DNA of 64,000 bases from Eledone cirrhosa (lineage: Eukaryota): contig OZ024741.1 of assembly GCA_964016885.1 (NCBI GenBank), positions 338,892,001 to 338,956,000 on the forward strand, read 5' to 3'. The notes below the pieces were generated by a model that did not search any database, was not told the origin of the DNA, and worked only from the letters and a program-made list of their open reading frames with translations. Below are positions 1 through 13,619 of this stretch, one piece after another; position 1 is the stretch's first letter; every line of letters starts with the position of its first letter. The position numbers and the translations under genes are program-made.

Positions 1-4
1 TATA

Positions 5-69
<65 letters not shown>

Positions 70-467
70 TCAGTTATGTATTTGTTTTCTAAGATTGGCA
101 ACATAACTCTCCCAAAGTATATATATATATTTACACTCACACACTTTGTAAAGTAGTAGTGCTGTTGGTATGATAAAATACACTTCATATATACTGTAAA
201 GTGGTTGTGCTGGTGCCACAACAAAATGCATCCAGTACACTCTACAAAGTGGTTGACATTAGAAAGAGCACCAAGCTGTAGAAATTATGTCAAAAATGGC
301 AAGATGTGATTTTTTTTGTTCCATCTAGTCCCAGACTAGCTGGACCAAGTCTTACCCATGCCAGCATGGAGAGCGATGAAAATCCTGAAAAAAGGTGAAA
401 CCAAAAATTATTTGCTTTAACATTTAGTCTGGTCAAATAATAAATATTTGCTCTGCAGTTATATTAT

Positions 468-515
<48 letters not shown>

Positions 516-521
516 AGTCAT

Positions 522-556
<35 letters not shown>

Positions 557-571
557 ACACACATAAGTCAT

Positions 572-629
<58 letters not shown>

Positions 630-953
630 TATACACATAAATATTTTGATTGATAATATAACTTTTATGGATTTTGTTCTTTCATCTCTGTTAATATAAT
701 AATAATAGTTTCTGAAGTAGGCACACGGCCAGGGAGGGAAAAGTCATACTTTATTTTATCGACCCCGTAAGGATGAAAGGCAAGGTTAACCTTGGCAGAT
801 TTGAACTCAGAACATTAAGGATCATAACTGGATTATTATAATTATCATTATATGTATATATATATATATTGGAAAAGTAAATAACAACAAGAAGGAGTAC
901 AGTTACGAAAGGTGTTAGGTATTAGGTTCACGCTTGAGATTGGGGGGTGGGGG

Positions 954-987
954 ACGACGTTTCGGGCATAAGCCCTTCATCAGGAGA
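954..987 (-). ncRNA. Minimal PLE-type hammerhead ribozyme in pLTR fragment 870-1030
   Basis: CTGATGA-AGGGCTTATGCCC-GAAACGTC. Related copy (CTGAAGA) at 33728-33762. Confidence 0.7.
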
Positions 988-1084
988 ATGGCGGGAAGGA
1001 GAGGAGTTCCGAGAGGGTGTAAGGGGGAATATGTATATATATATTTATATATATGCGTGGAAAATGTATGTTAGATGATGATGA

Positions 1085-1139
<55 letters not shown>

Positions 1140-1190
1140 AGTACCAGTAATGCACTGGGTAATTGCTGGCCTTGTGCCTAAAGTAGAAAC

Positions 1191-1250
<60 letters not shown>

Positions 1251-1407
1251 GTTTCTACTTAAGGCACAAGGCCAGTAATTACCCAGTGCATTACTGGTAC
1301 TTTTATTTTATCGACCCCGTAAGGATGAAAGGCAAAGTCAACCTCGGCGGGATTTGAACTCAGATCGTAAAGGGACGTAACTATGCTGGAAAGCATGGCG
1401 TCCGACT

Positions 1408-1899
1408 ATAATAGTAATATATAAGGGAACAAAGAATCAGTGTTGCATCATTTACATATTTATTACATATTACATATGTTTCACTGTCGATCAGCTTGAG
1501 GAATGATCGATTTATGATCGAACCTGACTCTGGAATCGGATACGAGAGTCAGGTTCGATCATTAATTGATCGTTCCTTGAGCTGATCGACAGTGAAACAT
1601 ATGTAATATGTAATTAAATATGTATATGATGCAACACTGATTCTTTGTTCCCTTATATATTACTATTATTGATACTCTGCATAGTTACGGCCCTTGCCAT
1701 TCTGAGTTCAAATCCCACCGAGGTTAACTTTGCCTTTCATCCTTACGGGGTCGATAAAATAAAGTACCAATAATGCTCTGGGCAATTGCTGGCCTTGTGC
1801 CAAAAGTAGAAACAATTATCGTTACTCTGCTCCCCAAGAGCATCGTGTGCTCATTCATCATACCACTTATAGACGCAATTAATTTGCACCTTTAATACC
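1408..1899. mobile_element. Fold-back mini-element (IR 1408-1669) with tail interrupted by a SINE
   Basis: Near-perfect hairpin with arms of about 125 bp. The tail TACTCTGC is duplicated as a TSD (1673-1680, 1823-1830) around a SINE at 1681-1820. Confidence 0.8.
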
Positions 1900-1990
1900 T
1901 ATATATATATATAGTTTCACAACAAATTAGCACACCATACTTAAGGATGCATGTTTCACCCAACGGATTCTCAGCTTGAGTAAGCTACAA

Positions 1991-2023
<33 letters not shown>

Positions 2024-2660
2024 CATATATATATATATATATATAGTAAAAAAATTCAATGAAACTTTAACTTTCTCATATACATATATATCATCATCAT
2101 CATCGTTTAACGTCTATCTTCCATGCTAGCATGGGTTTGGGAATTGTCCCACTTGAGGCAGGATTGATCAGGTGACTGTCTCTCACTTGTATAGGACTGT
2201 ATCTGGCAGGTTTTCTACAGCTGGATGCCCTTCCTAACAACAACCACATTTACAGTGTGGACTGGGGACCTTTTTACTGTGTGTCCTACATGACCACTTT
2301 ACAACGTGGACTGGGTGCTTTTTGTTGTGACACCCACATGACTTCTTTAGTTTGGACTGGATGTTCTGTGGTACCAACATAACTTTACAGAGAAAGGGTG
2401 GTGTTCGTAGGAGTGGGAGGATGGAGTAGGCATAGTGGGTTGGGGTGTATATTTGGTTATAAGGTGCCTACTGACTGTAGGTTTAATTTTGTACGTAAGG
2501 GAAGGCAGGTCTTCTGTATTACTACATTGTGCCAAAGGTCTCGATCCAATGATATTGTCTTAATATATATATATATATATTATTTAGACTACTTTTTATA
2601 CTCAAAAAATTCAATGAAATTTTAACTTTCTCATATATATACACATATATATATATGTAT

Positions 2661-2960
2661 ATATCACATAAGAAATGGAGAATCAGTGGTGTGATGAATA
2701 ACATTTATTAGACATATTACAATCGTTTCTCTGGCGACCAGCTCAAGGCACGATCGATGCAATGATCGAACCTGACTCTGAAATCGCAAGATACTCAGAT
2801 ATGTCTCGATTCCACGAAGCAGATTGTAATATGTCTAATAAATATTATTCGTCGCACCACTGATTCTCCGTTTCTTATGTGATATTATACTCTGCTCTGT
2901 AAGAGTATCGAGTGCTCAAACGGCCTACCGCTTACGGACGCTTTAAGCATCCCACACCAA
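2661..2960. mobile_element. Fold-back mini-element + tail
   Basis: IR 2661-2725 / 2822-2885, then the tail TACTCTGCTCTGTAAGAGTATCGAGTGCTC. Confidence 0.75.
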
Positions 2961-2969
2961 TTATATATG

Positions 2970-3049
<80 letters not shown>

Positions 3050-3085
3050 TATATATATATATACACATATATATGTGTATGTATA

Positions 3086-3720
3086 TGAGAAAGTTCAAGT
3101 TTCATTGAATTTTTTGAGTATAAAAAAGTAGTCTAAATCAGGGGTTCTCAACCTGGTCCATGTGGACCACTAGTGATCCACAGGAAAATTCAGGTGGTCC
3201 ACAGCAAATTTTCAATACCAAATTCTTTTTTGATCCATGCATTTGACTTAAAGCGGAGTTCTTATTCTTCGCATAAGTACGACTTCAGCTGTTTATTTGC
3301 GTAGATTTTTAGGCCCTGCGACATGATAATGGCATTTTCTAATTCATTGAAAAAAAACATCTACTGATGCTTATAAGTAGCAGTTCTATTACAAAAGACT
3401 TAAAAGTTTAGGTGGTCCACAGGAAAAAATTACTTATTTTGGTGGTCCACAGCGAAAAAAAGGTTGAGAACTCCTGGTCTAAATAATAAGGCATGTAAGT
3501 CCCAGTTAATGAAAAATTGGACATTAGCACCTATGGGTCTCAAACCCTCAATTTTATGCTTGCTGGTCACTTTGGTGTTATGGTAGTATCTCTACCTGCC
3601 AAACATGAAGGTATCCGTATGAGTCCTGCAGGAGCTAATGTCCATTTTTCCATTAACGGGGACTTATATTCCTTATATTTAAACTATTTTTCTGTAGTAA
3701 AAAAATTCAATGAAGCTTTG
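3086..3720. mobile_element. Older fold-back element interrupted by a hAT MITE
   Basis: The left arm (3098-3138 plus 3485-3530) pairs with 3632-3719 once the MITE is removed. Confidence 0.6.
3139..3476. mobile_element. hAT (Charlie-like) MITE
   Basis: TIR CAGGGGTTCTCAACC / GGTTGAGAACTCCTG, perfect 8-bp TSD GTCTAAAT and subterminal GTGGTCCAC repeats. Confidence 0.92.
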
Positions 3721-4829
3721 TTTTTTGCTCTAAATTCTTTGAATGGACTGTTTTTCCCATCATTTTTTCCATTGTCTTTGTCCTGTGTGCCCCCTTCCTC
3801 CTTTCGATTCATATTTGATATTCTTAGTCATGTGGGCCTTGTTTAAATCTTTATATAAATTTCTGCGATTCTGTCACAACACGTAAAGAGAGAGGAGTAG
3901 TTTGATTACCTCATACTACTCCTCTCTTTTTATGTCTGCTGCTGTGTGTGTATGTGTGTGTTAAATCAAGGAAAGGGATGGTGAAAAACTATACTGTGTG
4001 TGAGTGTATGTGTATGTGTGTGTTTGTGTGAATGTTTGTGTGTTTGTGTGTGTTTATGTGAATGTATGTCTGTGAATGTGTATTTTTGTAAGTGTGTCTG
4101 TGTTTGCGTGTTTATATATATATACTCCTACATATAAATGTATGTATATGCACATACACACATGCGCACACATATACACATAAGTGTCTGCATATGGAAA
4201 AAATCTTAGTCTATAAAAAAGGGACTTTACATTACCTGATATCTATCTTACTCACATCTTTCATTTTATCTGCCTTCCTTTCCGCTGCCTCTCTATCATT
4301 CCTCTTTGACCTCCTACATAACACTGTAGTCCAAATATATATTTTTTCTATTTTACTCCCCTCTATTTTTCTCTGTCTAAGCTAGATTGCACCATGTTTC
4401 TATCTCTACCCTTTCAGTGAAGGTACATAGGTACATAGGTTTGTAATATTTTTTGTCTTTATTTGTGTAATTCACCAAAAAGGCACAACTTGTCCTGTGT
4501 CAATTCATTGTGTTCTTGAGCAAGATGCTTTAATTCACATTGCTCTTGTCAACTCATCTGACAAAAATGAATTGTACCTGTCATTCAAGGGCCAGCCAAG
4601 TCATACAATGTGTCATGTTGAATCTCCCTATGAACTATGGTATGGGTGAACATATATGTGGCATGTTCAATCACTCGCACATTAATCTCAACTACAGCAC
4701 TCATTGCTAGAAACGACAGAGGTTCAACAACAAATCACACATACACACATGCACACGTGTACACACACATACATATATACATATATACTAAATAGTCCTC
4801 ATAACTAAGTCCATAGGAAAGTAAGACAA

Positions 4830-5360
4830 AATTTCAAGCATGGAAGAACCTAGAGTTGAAAGGCCTAAAATTAAACTTAGCAATGATGAAAGTCTTGATA
4901 AGTAGGAAACAGGACGGGAGTGTGATACCATCAAGGAAATGGTCTTGTTCGATATATCAGAAAGGGGTGGGCAGAAATTCTATAAGGTGCACACAATGCA
5001 ATTTATAGATGTACAAGAGATGTAGCATGATTGCAGGCACATTAATGATAAAGATAGACTTTGTATGTGGCAGATGAACAGGAGACATAAGCACTAAGAA
5101 CACATGTGAAGTAGATTCCATCAGTTGCCCTGGAAGCTTTTTAAAAGTTTTTGACAGCTTTTGTTACCTAGGCGATCTAATTAGCAATGGGGAAGGATGC
5201 ACTGAAAGTGTGATAGCCAGGATCAGAACAGGCTGGAAGAAGTTTAGAGAGCTGATACCTCTGCCGACAACAAAGGGCTTCTCTCTTAGAGTGAAGGGTG
5301 GACTGAATAGTACCTGCATGTGAACTGCAATGGTACATGGCAGTAAAACATGGGCCCTGA
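4830..5360 (+). mobile_element. Decayed RTE fragment (further remnants at 6040-6245, 27340-27880, 30070-30580, 47088-47323, 63920-64000)
   Basis: FCYLGDLISNGEGCTESVIARIRTGWKKFRELIP is homologous to the other RTE copies. Confidence 0.7.
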
Positions 5361-5887
5361 CAACCTTCCTTTGACACCATACAGAAGTGAGATGCAGACC
5401 CTCGTGGCTTGTCTGGGAGGTCAGTAGCCTCAAATCAGTACTGACCGTGACTATGTAGACCTGTTCAACCCTTGCTATATATATATATATATATACATAC
5501 ATACATACATATACACTCACACACACATATGTATCATCATTATTTTTATGTCCATTTTTCCATTCTTGGTTTAATAGGACAGCCTCTCTCAACTTATTGA
5601 GTTGCTTTGTCATTTCCATTTCCTTTGTCAAGTTCAGTATTTTCACATCAGCTTTCACCACTTCTGCCCAGGTTTTCTTTCATCTTCCTCTACTAAACTT
5701 TCCCTTCATTTAGTATACAGTCATCATCTGAATGCATCACATGTGCAGTCTCCTTTCCTTCAAATTACATATGATTCCTCTTATATCCAGTTTTTCTCTC
5801 ATCTCATCTCATTCATTCATATTAACATCACACAACCATCAAAACATGCTCACTTCATTTCTCTCCAGCCTTCCCATATCCACTACT

Positions 5888-6003
5888 TTCACATATCCTC
5901 TACCTCCACATATCCTCTACCTCTACATATCCTCTGCCTTCACATATCCTCAGCCTTCACATATCATCAACCTTCCCATATACTCTGCCTTCACATATCC
6001 TCT
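5888..6003 (+). repeat. 17-bp tandem repeat
   Basis: CACATATCCTCTGCCTT-like unit, about 7 copies. Confidence 0.8.
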
Positions 6004-6399
6004 ATTACTCCCGTGCAACATCTATTATCTAGCTACCTTTTCATCCATAGAGAGAAACCTTTTGTTGTCAACAGAGGTAGCAATTCCCTGAACTTTTTCC
6101 AGTCTGTTCTTATTTTAGGTACTATAATTTCAAAGCAATTTCTTTCAATGCTAATTAGGTGACCCAGGTAACAGAAACTATCAACTACTGGGCTCTTTCT
6201 ACTAAATAACTACCTCTATGAATCTCTTACATAAAATATCTACTTTTCTGTGGGTAATAGCAAAAGAATCGGGACCCCAACTCTGCTCCTGCTCCAGCCA
6301 CAGGATACCACATATACGATGGATGATTTGCATAACATTGAGTGCTTTAATTTTATTGCAACATCGTTTACTAACCAGAATCACCAGTTCCACCCATTG

Positions 6400-7830
6400 G
6401 GTGAGGTGAGAGGGCTGTGGTGCGGCCTGTTTCACGGGTGCGGGTGAGAGCAGTTTGGATCAATATGGGGGATATCTACGCTGGATGAAGCAGGAAGCCA
6501 AGCGAAGGGAATGGGTTTTGAAATCGTCATCCTGGCTACAGAGTTGATGAAGACGGAGGAATTGGGAATAGGGTATGGAGTGTTTGGTGTGGGAGGAGAT
6601 GAAGTCGAGATAAGATTGGGAGTCTGTTGGTTTAATGAAGATGGAAGTAGAGAGGGTGGGGTGAGAGTGATCAATAGATAGAGAGATATCTAGAAAAACG
6701 ACAGAAGAATCGGAGACAGGGGCAGTGAAATTCAGAGCAGGATGGAAAGATTGGACAAAAGAAAGAAAACAGTCAAGCTATTCTCGTGATAGAGAGGTGG
6801 TGCCAATACAGTCGTCAATATAACGACCGTATAGCTCAGTAGTCAGTCCAGCGTACTGGGAGAAGATCTGGGCTTTGGTGTAGCAAACAACAAGTTGGCA
6901 TAGTTTGGACCCATTCTGGTTCCCATCGCTACCCCAGAGACCTGCTGGTAAAATTCACCCAAACAAGAAAATCCATTAAGGGGGAGGACAAGCTCAGCTA
7001 GACAGAGAAGAGTGGTAGTGCTGGGGTAAGGGGTAGGGCGGAAATCTAAAAAATGCTGGAGAGGCCGTCATCATGAGGGATGATGGTATAGAGAGAAGTG
7101 ATGTCTAGAGTAAAGAGAAGGCGGGAGGGACCAGGAGGGAAGGAGAAAGAGTTGAAGAGTCTAAGGGCATGATTTGTATCGTGGATGTGGGAGAGGAGAT
7201 TGCTGATCAACGGGGCGAGGATGATGTCTAAATATTCAGAAATTATCTCGATGGGGCAGCTGCACACAGAAACGATAGGACGGCCAGGATTATTTTGTTT
7301 GTGTATTTTGGGGAGGAAGTAGATGGTGGGTGTGCGAGGGGTCGTACAATAAGGTTGGTGGCTGTGGGGGTAGGTGAGAGGAGGAGATGAGCTTGTGGAT
7401 GGTGGAAGACACGAGTTGTTGGTAGCCAGGAGTGGGGTCGAAGGATAAAGGGCGGTAAAAAAGGGTATTGTGAAGCTGGCGGAGAGCCTCAGCCCTACAG
7501 AGGTCAGCGCTCCAAACCACCACAGTGCCACCTTTGTCAGCGGGTTTGATGACAATGTCATCGCGACACCGAAGGTTGTGGAGATCGGAGAGCTCAGTTC
7601 GCGTGATGTTAGAGCAACGAGAATGATGGGGGAAATGGAACCGATTCACAGTACGCAGGCAAGTATCAACAAAGGAGTCAAGGGTGCTGAACTGGCCAGA
7701 GCTCAGCGTCCAATGTGATTGCTGGCGACTGAGATGAGTGAAGTCATCCATCCATATCGATGATGGCGTGTCGTGAAAAAAAGCTTTCAGCTTTAATCGA
7801 CGGAAGAACCCTTCAATCTCGGCACGTGCG
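6400..7830 (-). mobile_element. Decayed Penelope-like element reverse transcriptase fragment
   Basis: DDIVIKPADKGGTVVVW, YFLPKIHKQNNPGRPIVS, LDITSLYT.IPH, GVAMGTRMGPNYAN, RYIDD and FLDI motifs across frameshifts. Confidence 0.9.
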
Positions 7831-7941
7831 CGGATGTATGCATATTATAGCTTTGAAGGTACACCAGTGATTGAAGTATCAGGAGATTTGTGCATCAGAG
7901 CATTTATCAAACTATGTGTGTATGTATATCTATGTATATAC

Positions 7942-9070
7942 ATCATCATCATCGTTTAACGTCTATCTTCCATGCTAGCATGGGTTTAGATGGGAATTGT
8001 CCCACTTGAGGCAAGATTGGTTGTCTTGCTCATATAGGACTGTCTGGCAGGTTTTCTACAGCTGGATGCCCTTCCTATCACCAACCACATTTACAGTGTG
8101 GACTGGGAGGTTTTTACCGTGTTACCTACACGGCCACATTACAACGTGGACTGTGTTTTTTTTGTCGTGACACCTACACAACCTCATTTATTTAGGACTG
8201 GATGTTGTGGTACCAACATAACTTTACAGAGAAAGGGGTGGTGTAGATGGGGGTGGGGGTAGGGGTAGGGGGATGGGGTGTATTTTTGGTTAAGAGGTGC
8301 CTACTGACTGTAGGTTTCGCTTTGTACTTAGGCAAGGCAGGTCTTCTGTATTACTGCGTAGCGCCAAAGATCTCGGTCCAGTGACATTGTCTTGGAGAGG
8401 TGTAAGTGTGTAAGGTCAGAATTTATGAAATCGTGCCAGATTTTTCTGGGTCTGCCTACTCTGTAACTTCCATCAATTTTGATTGCCCTGCACTTTTTTA
8501 TACAGTTGTCGTCTTTCATGCGCATCACGTGTCCATACCAATGTAGTCTTCTCTCGAGTAAACAGCATCTGATCCCTCTTATTCCTAATTTCTCACTTAG
8601 TTCATTTATGCTTTGCCGTTCACGTATATTACTATTACACATCCAACGGAGCATGCATGCTTCGTTCCTCTCCAGTCTGCGCAGGTCCTCTGTACGCAAT
8701 GCCCATGTCTCACTGCCATGTAACATTGCTGATCGTATACAGGCACCATACAATCTGCCTTTCATTTTTAGAGAGAAACCTTTAGCAGCCAATAGTGGTA
8801 TAAGCTCTCTGAACTTTACCCATCCCGTTCTGACTCTGGCTACTGTACTTTCAGAGCACCCTCCCCCACTGCTGATTTTGTCACCCAGGTAACAGAAGGT
8901 GTCCACTATTTCTATAGAACTATCTGGGCAATAGAAGTAGCTAGTATTCTGTGGGCACTTGCTACTTATTGCACCAGAGCACCGCTCACATATAAAATCT
9001 ATGTTCTTAGTTAGCTTACCTGTGATCCCACTACATCTTTTATGCACCCATACTTTGCGTTTGCATTTGG
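7942..9070 (-). mobile_element. 5'-truncated RTE-clade LINE 3' end with long 3'UTR and (GAT)n tail
   Basis: WVHKRCSGI, FCYLGD, KGRLY.ACIRSAMLHGSETW, RRLHWYGHVMR and GRPRK.W. The 3'UTR is shared with 2092-2560, 26229-26776 and 60172-60590. Confidence 0.88.
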
Positions 9071-9472
9071 GACATAAAAAGGAGTTTATATACATATATA
9101 TGTAGATACAGTCGTCGGACATAAAATGGAGTATATATACATATGTATGTATATACAGTCGTCTGACTCTCATGCTTGCTTGCAATTTAATTGTCATATG
9201 TCCTGCTGCACATTTGACAAGAGTTTAATGTTTGTGTACAAAGACAAGGTCATCCCCTTTCTCTGCTCGTTACAACATGGCTGCCTTTAATGCACTTTTA
9301 AGCTAGAAATTCTAATTATGTTTCTTATCTGATCACAAATATGGCGACTGAAACCGCTTAAAACATTAATATATTCCTCTTTACCAATGATTTTTTTCTC
9401 TTTTCTCCCTCTCTGTATCCCTGTCCTTTATCCTCACCATATCTATTATTTTACTTGTTCACCTATTTAATT

Positions 9473-9515
<43 letters not shown>

Positions 9516-9597
9516 TATATATACACACATATATATACATATATATATATACACACACATATATATATATACATATATATATATATACATATATATA

Positions 9598-9649
<52 letters not shown>

Positions 9650-9989
9650 CACATACACACAAATATAAATATATATATAAAATTATATTTGTATGATATT
9701 GATCTGTCCGTTGTATAAATTTGTTTTTTGTCCTGTCCCCTGCTCTCCTGCTCCTCTCTCTCCAATGTCCACTGTCCATTACTCCATTCCCACCAATGTC
9801 CACTCCTGTTCCTCTCTCCCCAATGTCCACAGTTCCTCTGTCCACTGTTCCACTACACTCTCCCCAACATCACCTCAATACTATGTTTTTAAAAACTTCA
9901 GTTGCTCAATACTGTAATTCTTCTTATATGTAAAACTGTCACACAGATGGCGGAAGATCCGTTCTAATCAGAAATACGACATGTTGTGG

Positions 9990-10157
9990 TTGTTGCTGTT
10001 GTTGTCATTTATTGTTGTTATTATTATTATCATTATAATCACCACCATCATCACTGTTGTTGTTGCTGTTGTTTATTATTATTATTATTTTTTTTTTATT
10101 ACATTTATCTTGCTTTATGTTCATACGAGTTATCACCAAGTCACAACCAGTCACCTC

Positions 10158-10192
<35 letters not shown>

Positions 10193-10930
10193 TTCAACAT
10201 TATCATTATTATTATCATCATCATCATCAATATTGTTGTTGCTGTTGTTGTTGTTGTTACTACTGCTGTTCTGAGCTGTGATAGACCAATAAATTTGTGG
10301 TTAATTGTGTCATCGTTGCTGTCGCCATCATCATCATCACCATGTTCATCATCATCATCACTACCACAAATTCTACCATCTTCCTCCTCCTCCTCGTCCT
10401 CCTCGTCCTCCTCCTCATCATGATGATGATCATCATCATCATCATTACCACCGCCACCATCATCATCACCCTTACCATCTTCATCATCATCAACACTACC
10501 ATCATTATCATCATCATCATCACCCCCACCACCATCATCATCATCACCCTTACCATCTTCATCATCATCATCACCATCATCATCAACACTACCACTACCT
10601 CTACCATCATTATCATCATCATCATTACCACCACCATCATCATCATCACCCTTACCATCTTCATCATTACCACCACCATCATCATCATCACCCTTACCAT
10701 CTTCATCATTACCACCACCATCATCATCATCACCCTTACCATCTTCATCATTACCACCACCATCATCATCATCATCACCCTTACCATCTTCATCATTACC
10801 ACCACCATCATCATCATCATCATCACCCTTACCATCTTCATCATCATCATCACCATCATCATCAACATCATCATCAACACTACCACTACCTCTACCATCA
10901 TTATCATCATCATCATTACCACTACCATTT
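9990..10930 (+). repeat. Compound (CAT/CAC/GTT)n trinucleotide tract with a higher-order unit of about 39 bp
   Basis: Repeated CATCATCACCCTTACCATCTTCATCATTACCACCAC. Confidence 0.9.
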
Positions 10931-12170
10931 TACACCTATTTTCCCTGCTTCCATAGGTGAGACGCGTTATCACGTTTTTCGGGCTAGGTCTACAATATAG
11001 TTGTCCTTTGTTACCAATCAGAAATAGTTTGCTTCTTTTTTATTAGAAAACCAAAATGAATGCCAGTGTCAGTCAAGTATGGGGTGATGTGTGTGGGACA
11101 GTAGTGAATTAAGGGGTGGGTTTGACTGTGTTGTACCCAGCGGCCCCCTTATATTCAAAAGGGCCCCAAATTAATTGTTTTGCTACTATAAATAATGATT
11201 TCTATGTTAGGTACATGGCCAGTCATTTTTAGGGAGGAGAAAGTTGATTAAATTGACTCCAGTGCATTACTGGTACTTAATTTCATCGACCCAATAAGGA
11301 TGAAAGGTAGATCTAACCTAAATCAAAGTGTAGGTGCCATAAATAATGATTCCTATTTTAGGCACAAGGCCAGTCATTTTGTGGGAGGGAGAAAGATGTT
11401 TAAATTATCCCCAGTGTATGACTGGTATTTTATTTTATCAACCTCAGAAGGACAAAAGTCAAAGTTGACCTCGGCAGAATTTGCTACCATAAATATTATA
11501 TTAAGAAAACTGGAACCAATACTAATGCTAAACTGGAACCAATACTAATGCTATAACAACTTTACCGATTCCTAACTATGTAGGGGGAAAGGAGAAATAA
11601 AAAAAATCTACAACAAACTTAGTGAAGGAATATAACTACACAATTGTAATTATGTGAATCTAACAAATATTAACATTCTTATCAGTTTTCATCTCACACA
11701 GCCATATTTCTTCATCAATTTTATGCAGCTTTCCTTCTCTGATTGTCTATAAATTAATGAAATCAGAGACAAAAAATACTGATTAACAAATGTGTCTGTA
11801 TCTGTGTCTGTGTGGACAGGTGCAGGCATGGCTGTGTGGTTAACGAGTTTGCTTCTCAACCATGAGATTTCTAGTTCAATACCATTATTGGATTGGCAGT
11901 ATCGGTAGAGGGTCGGACGCAATGCTTTGACGTATAGAGTTACGTCCCTCGCCATTCTGAGTTCAAATCTCGCCGAGGTTAACTTTGCCTTTCATCCTTA
12001 TGAGGTCGATAAAATAAAGTACCAGTAATGCACTGGGTAATTGCTGGCCTTGTGCCAAACGTAGAAACAATTATTTAGTACTTTGGGAAGTGTATCATTG
12101 CTTTGTAAGGAGAAGTGTCACAAACGATGGAATAGGACAGAACAAAGGAGAGACACAAAATAATAAATTA

Positions 12171-12213
12171 GTCACTGAGGAAGTCACAGAATGTGTGATG
12201 AAAGAGCTTTGAC
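12171..12213 (+). ncRNA. Hammerhead-like motif
   Basis: GTCA-CTGAGGA-agTCACA gaatg TGTGAt-GAAAGAGCTT-TGAC, with stem I GTCA/TGAC. Confidence 0.55.
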
Positions 12214-12965
12214 AATAGACAAATAAACAACCATCCAGTTACTAAACTAACCAACTGGAAGTTTATAATAAATTGAAGTGAAAACCAACAGGTGTATAAT
12301 GTCAAAACCGAATCTGAGCTTTCCCGCCTCTGGGACAAGCCGTGGTTAGTTGTTTATGCTCGACAGTCCAACCCCTTGGGAGATGCTAAACCCAGGTTAG
12401 AGGTGTTTACGCCTGACAGAAAATAGGTCAGAGGATATATCCATCTTTCTGAGTTGTTTACGCCTGGCAAACCAACCCCTTGGGAGATACTAACTAAAGG
12501 TCAGAGGATATATCTATCCTTCCAACTTCAACCATTATGAATACAAGTCTTGTTTACCCCCGGCAGAAAAAGTGTTACCACGGACAAGAACGGACATTTC
12601 ACCTACTCTGACAAATCTCCCTTCACGAAAAACGTCTGTCACTATTTCTCACACGCCTGACTTAGTTATTACTACTACTACTGCTAAATCAAGAAAGTAT
12701 AGTAATACGCACACACGCATTCATAGTAAGTTCACACTGTTTGCATTTTTACATGCACCATTTCTGTTTATTCACATTGTATCTTTCGGATACAGTACAA
12801 ATTATATTATAATCGTATTCTGTGATACTTGGCTCGAAGAGTCACCACATTATTGTACGAATATTTCATTTTATAGATTTTATCATTCAATATTCAAATT
12901 GAATATTGTTATAATAAAATACTGCCCCTTTCACTTTTTTATTCTCTATCTATCTATCTACTCCT

Positions 12966-13380
12966 AGTGGACACGATTGAAAGGTCTGAGGTCAGGAAAC
13001 TTCCTCTCTGGCCATAGTCTGGTCTACTTCTTCTGATATCACTTCGGAAGAAGGATAAGAATGGAGAGAGAGGTGCTTGGCCACAGGCAGTTTTATGAAA
13101 GGTGGGTGATAGTGGCGAGAATGGCTCGTGTAAATGGGCCTTCTCTGTATACCATCCTGTAGGTAAAGAAGTAAAGGAGAGGGGAGCACCTTCTCCCTGT
13201 GCTCCCCGGGCAAAGGATTGCACACTTTTTCGGGTGTGTGTGCAACCCCCATCACGTCCCCTCCCTTTTGAGGTTGTTTTTGATTATTTTCATTTTATAC
13301 CCTTTTTACTCGGTTTTATGTAAACTCCCCCTTTGTATTTGTCCCTTCTTTTTGTGCCTTTATGGTAAATAAAGAAATAT
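12966..13380 (+). mobile_element. Probable L1/Tx1-like 3' end inserted in (CTAT)n
   Basis: TCTATCTATCTACTCCT is duplicated on both sides. Reads FFRYHF.RRIR.ER..F.ERW-like, followed by a pyrimidine-rich UTR and AATAAA. Confidence 0.4.
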
Positions 13381-13619
13381 ATCTATCTATCTACTCCTTC
13401 CCCGTCCTTAGTCCTACCCCTTATGTCTCATCCTCAAATCTTTATCCTCACTCTCTGTCTCCTGTCTCTTATCTCTTTCTCTCTTGTTATTTTTTATTTT
13501 TTATTTTTATTCTCTGAGATTTGATTGTACCTCTTGCATTTATACTACATATCATGTATTTCGTAGTTCTTTTCATGTTATTGTTATCTTTTCCGCCATC
13601 ACTAATTTACACATCCGCT

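Noticed and set aside
10260-11000. Poly-His / poly-Ile / poly-Met ORFs resembling a histidine-rich protein
   Set aside because: The (CAT)n compound repeat is open in several frames and has no splice or domain support.
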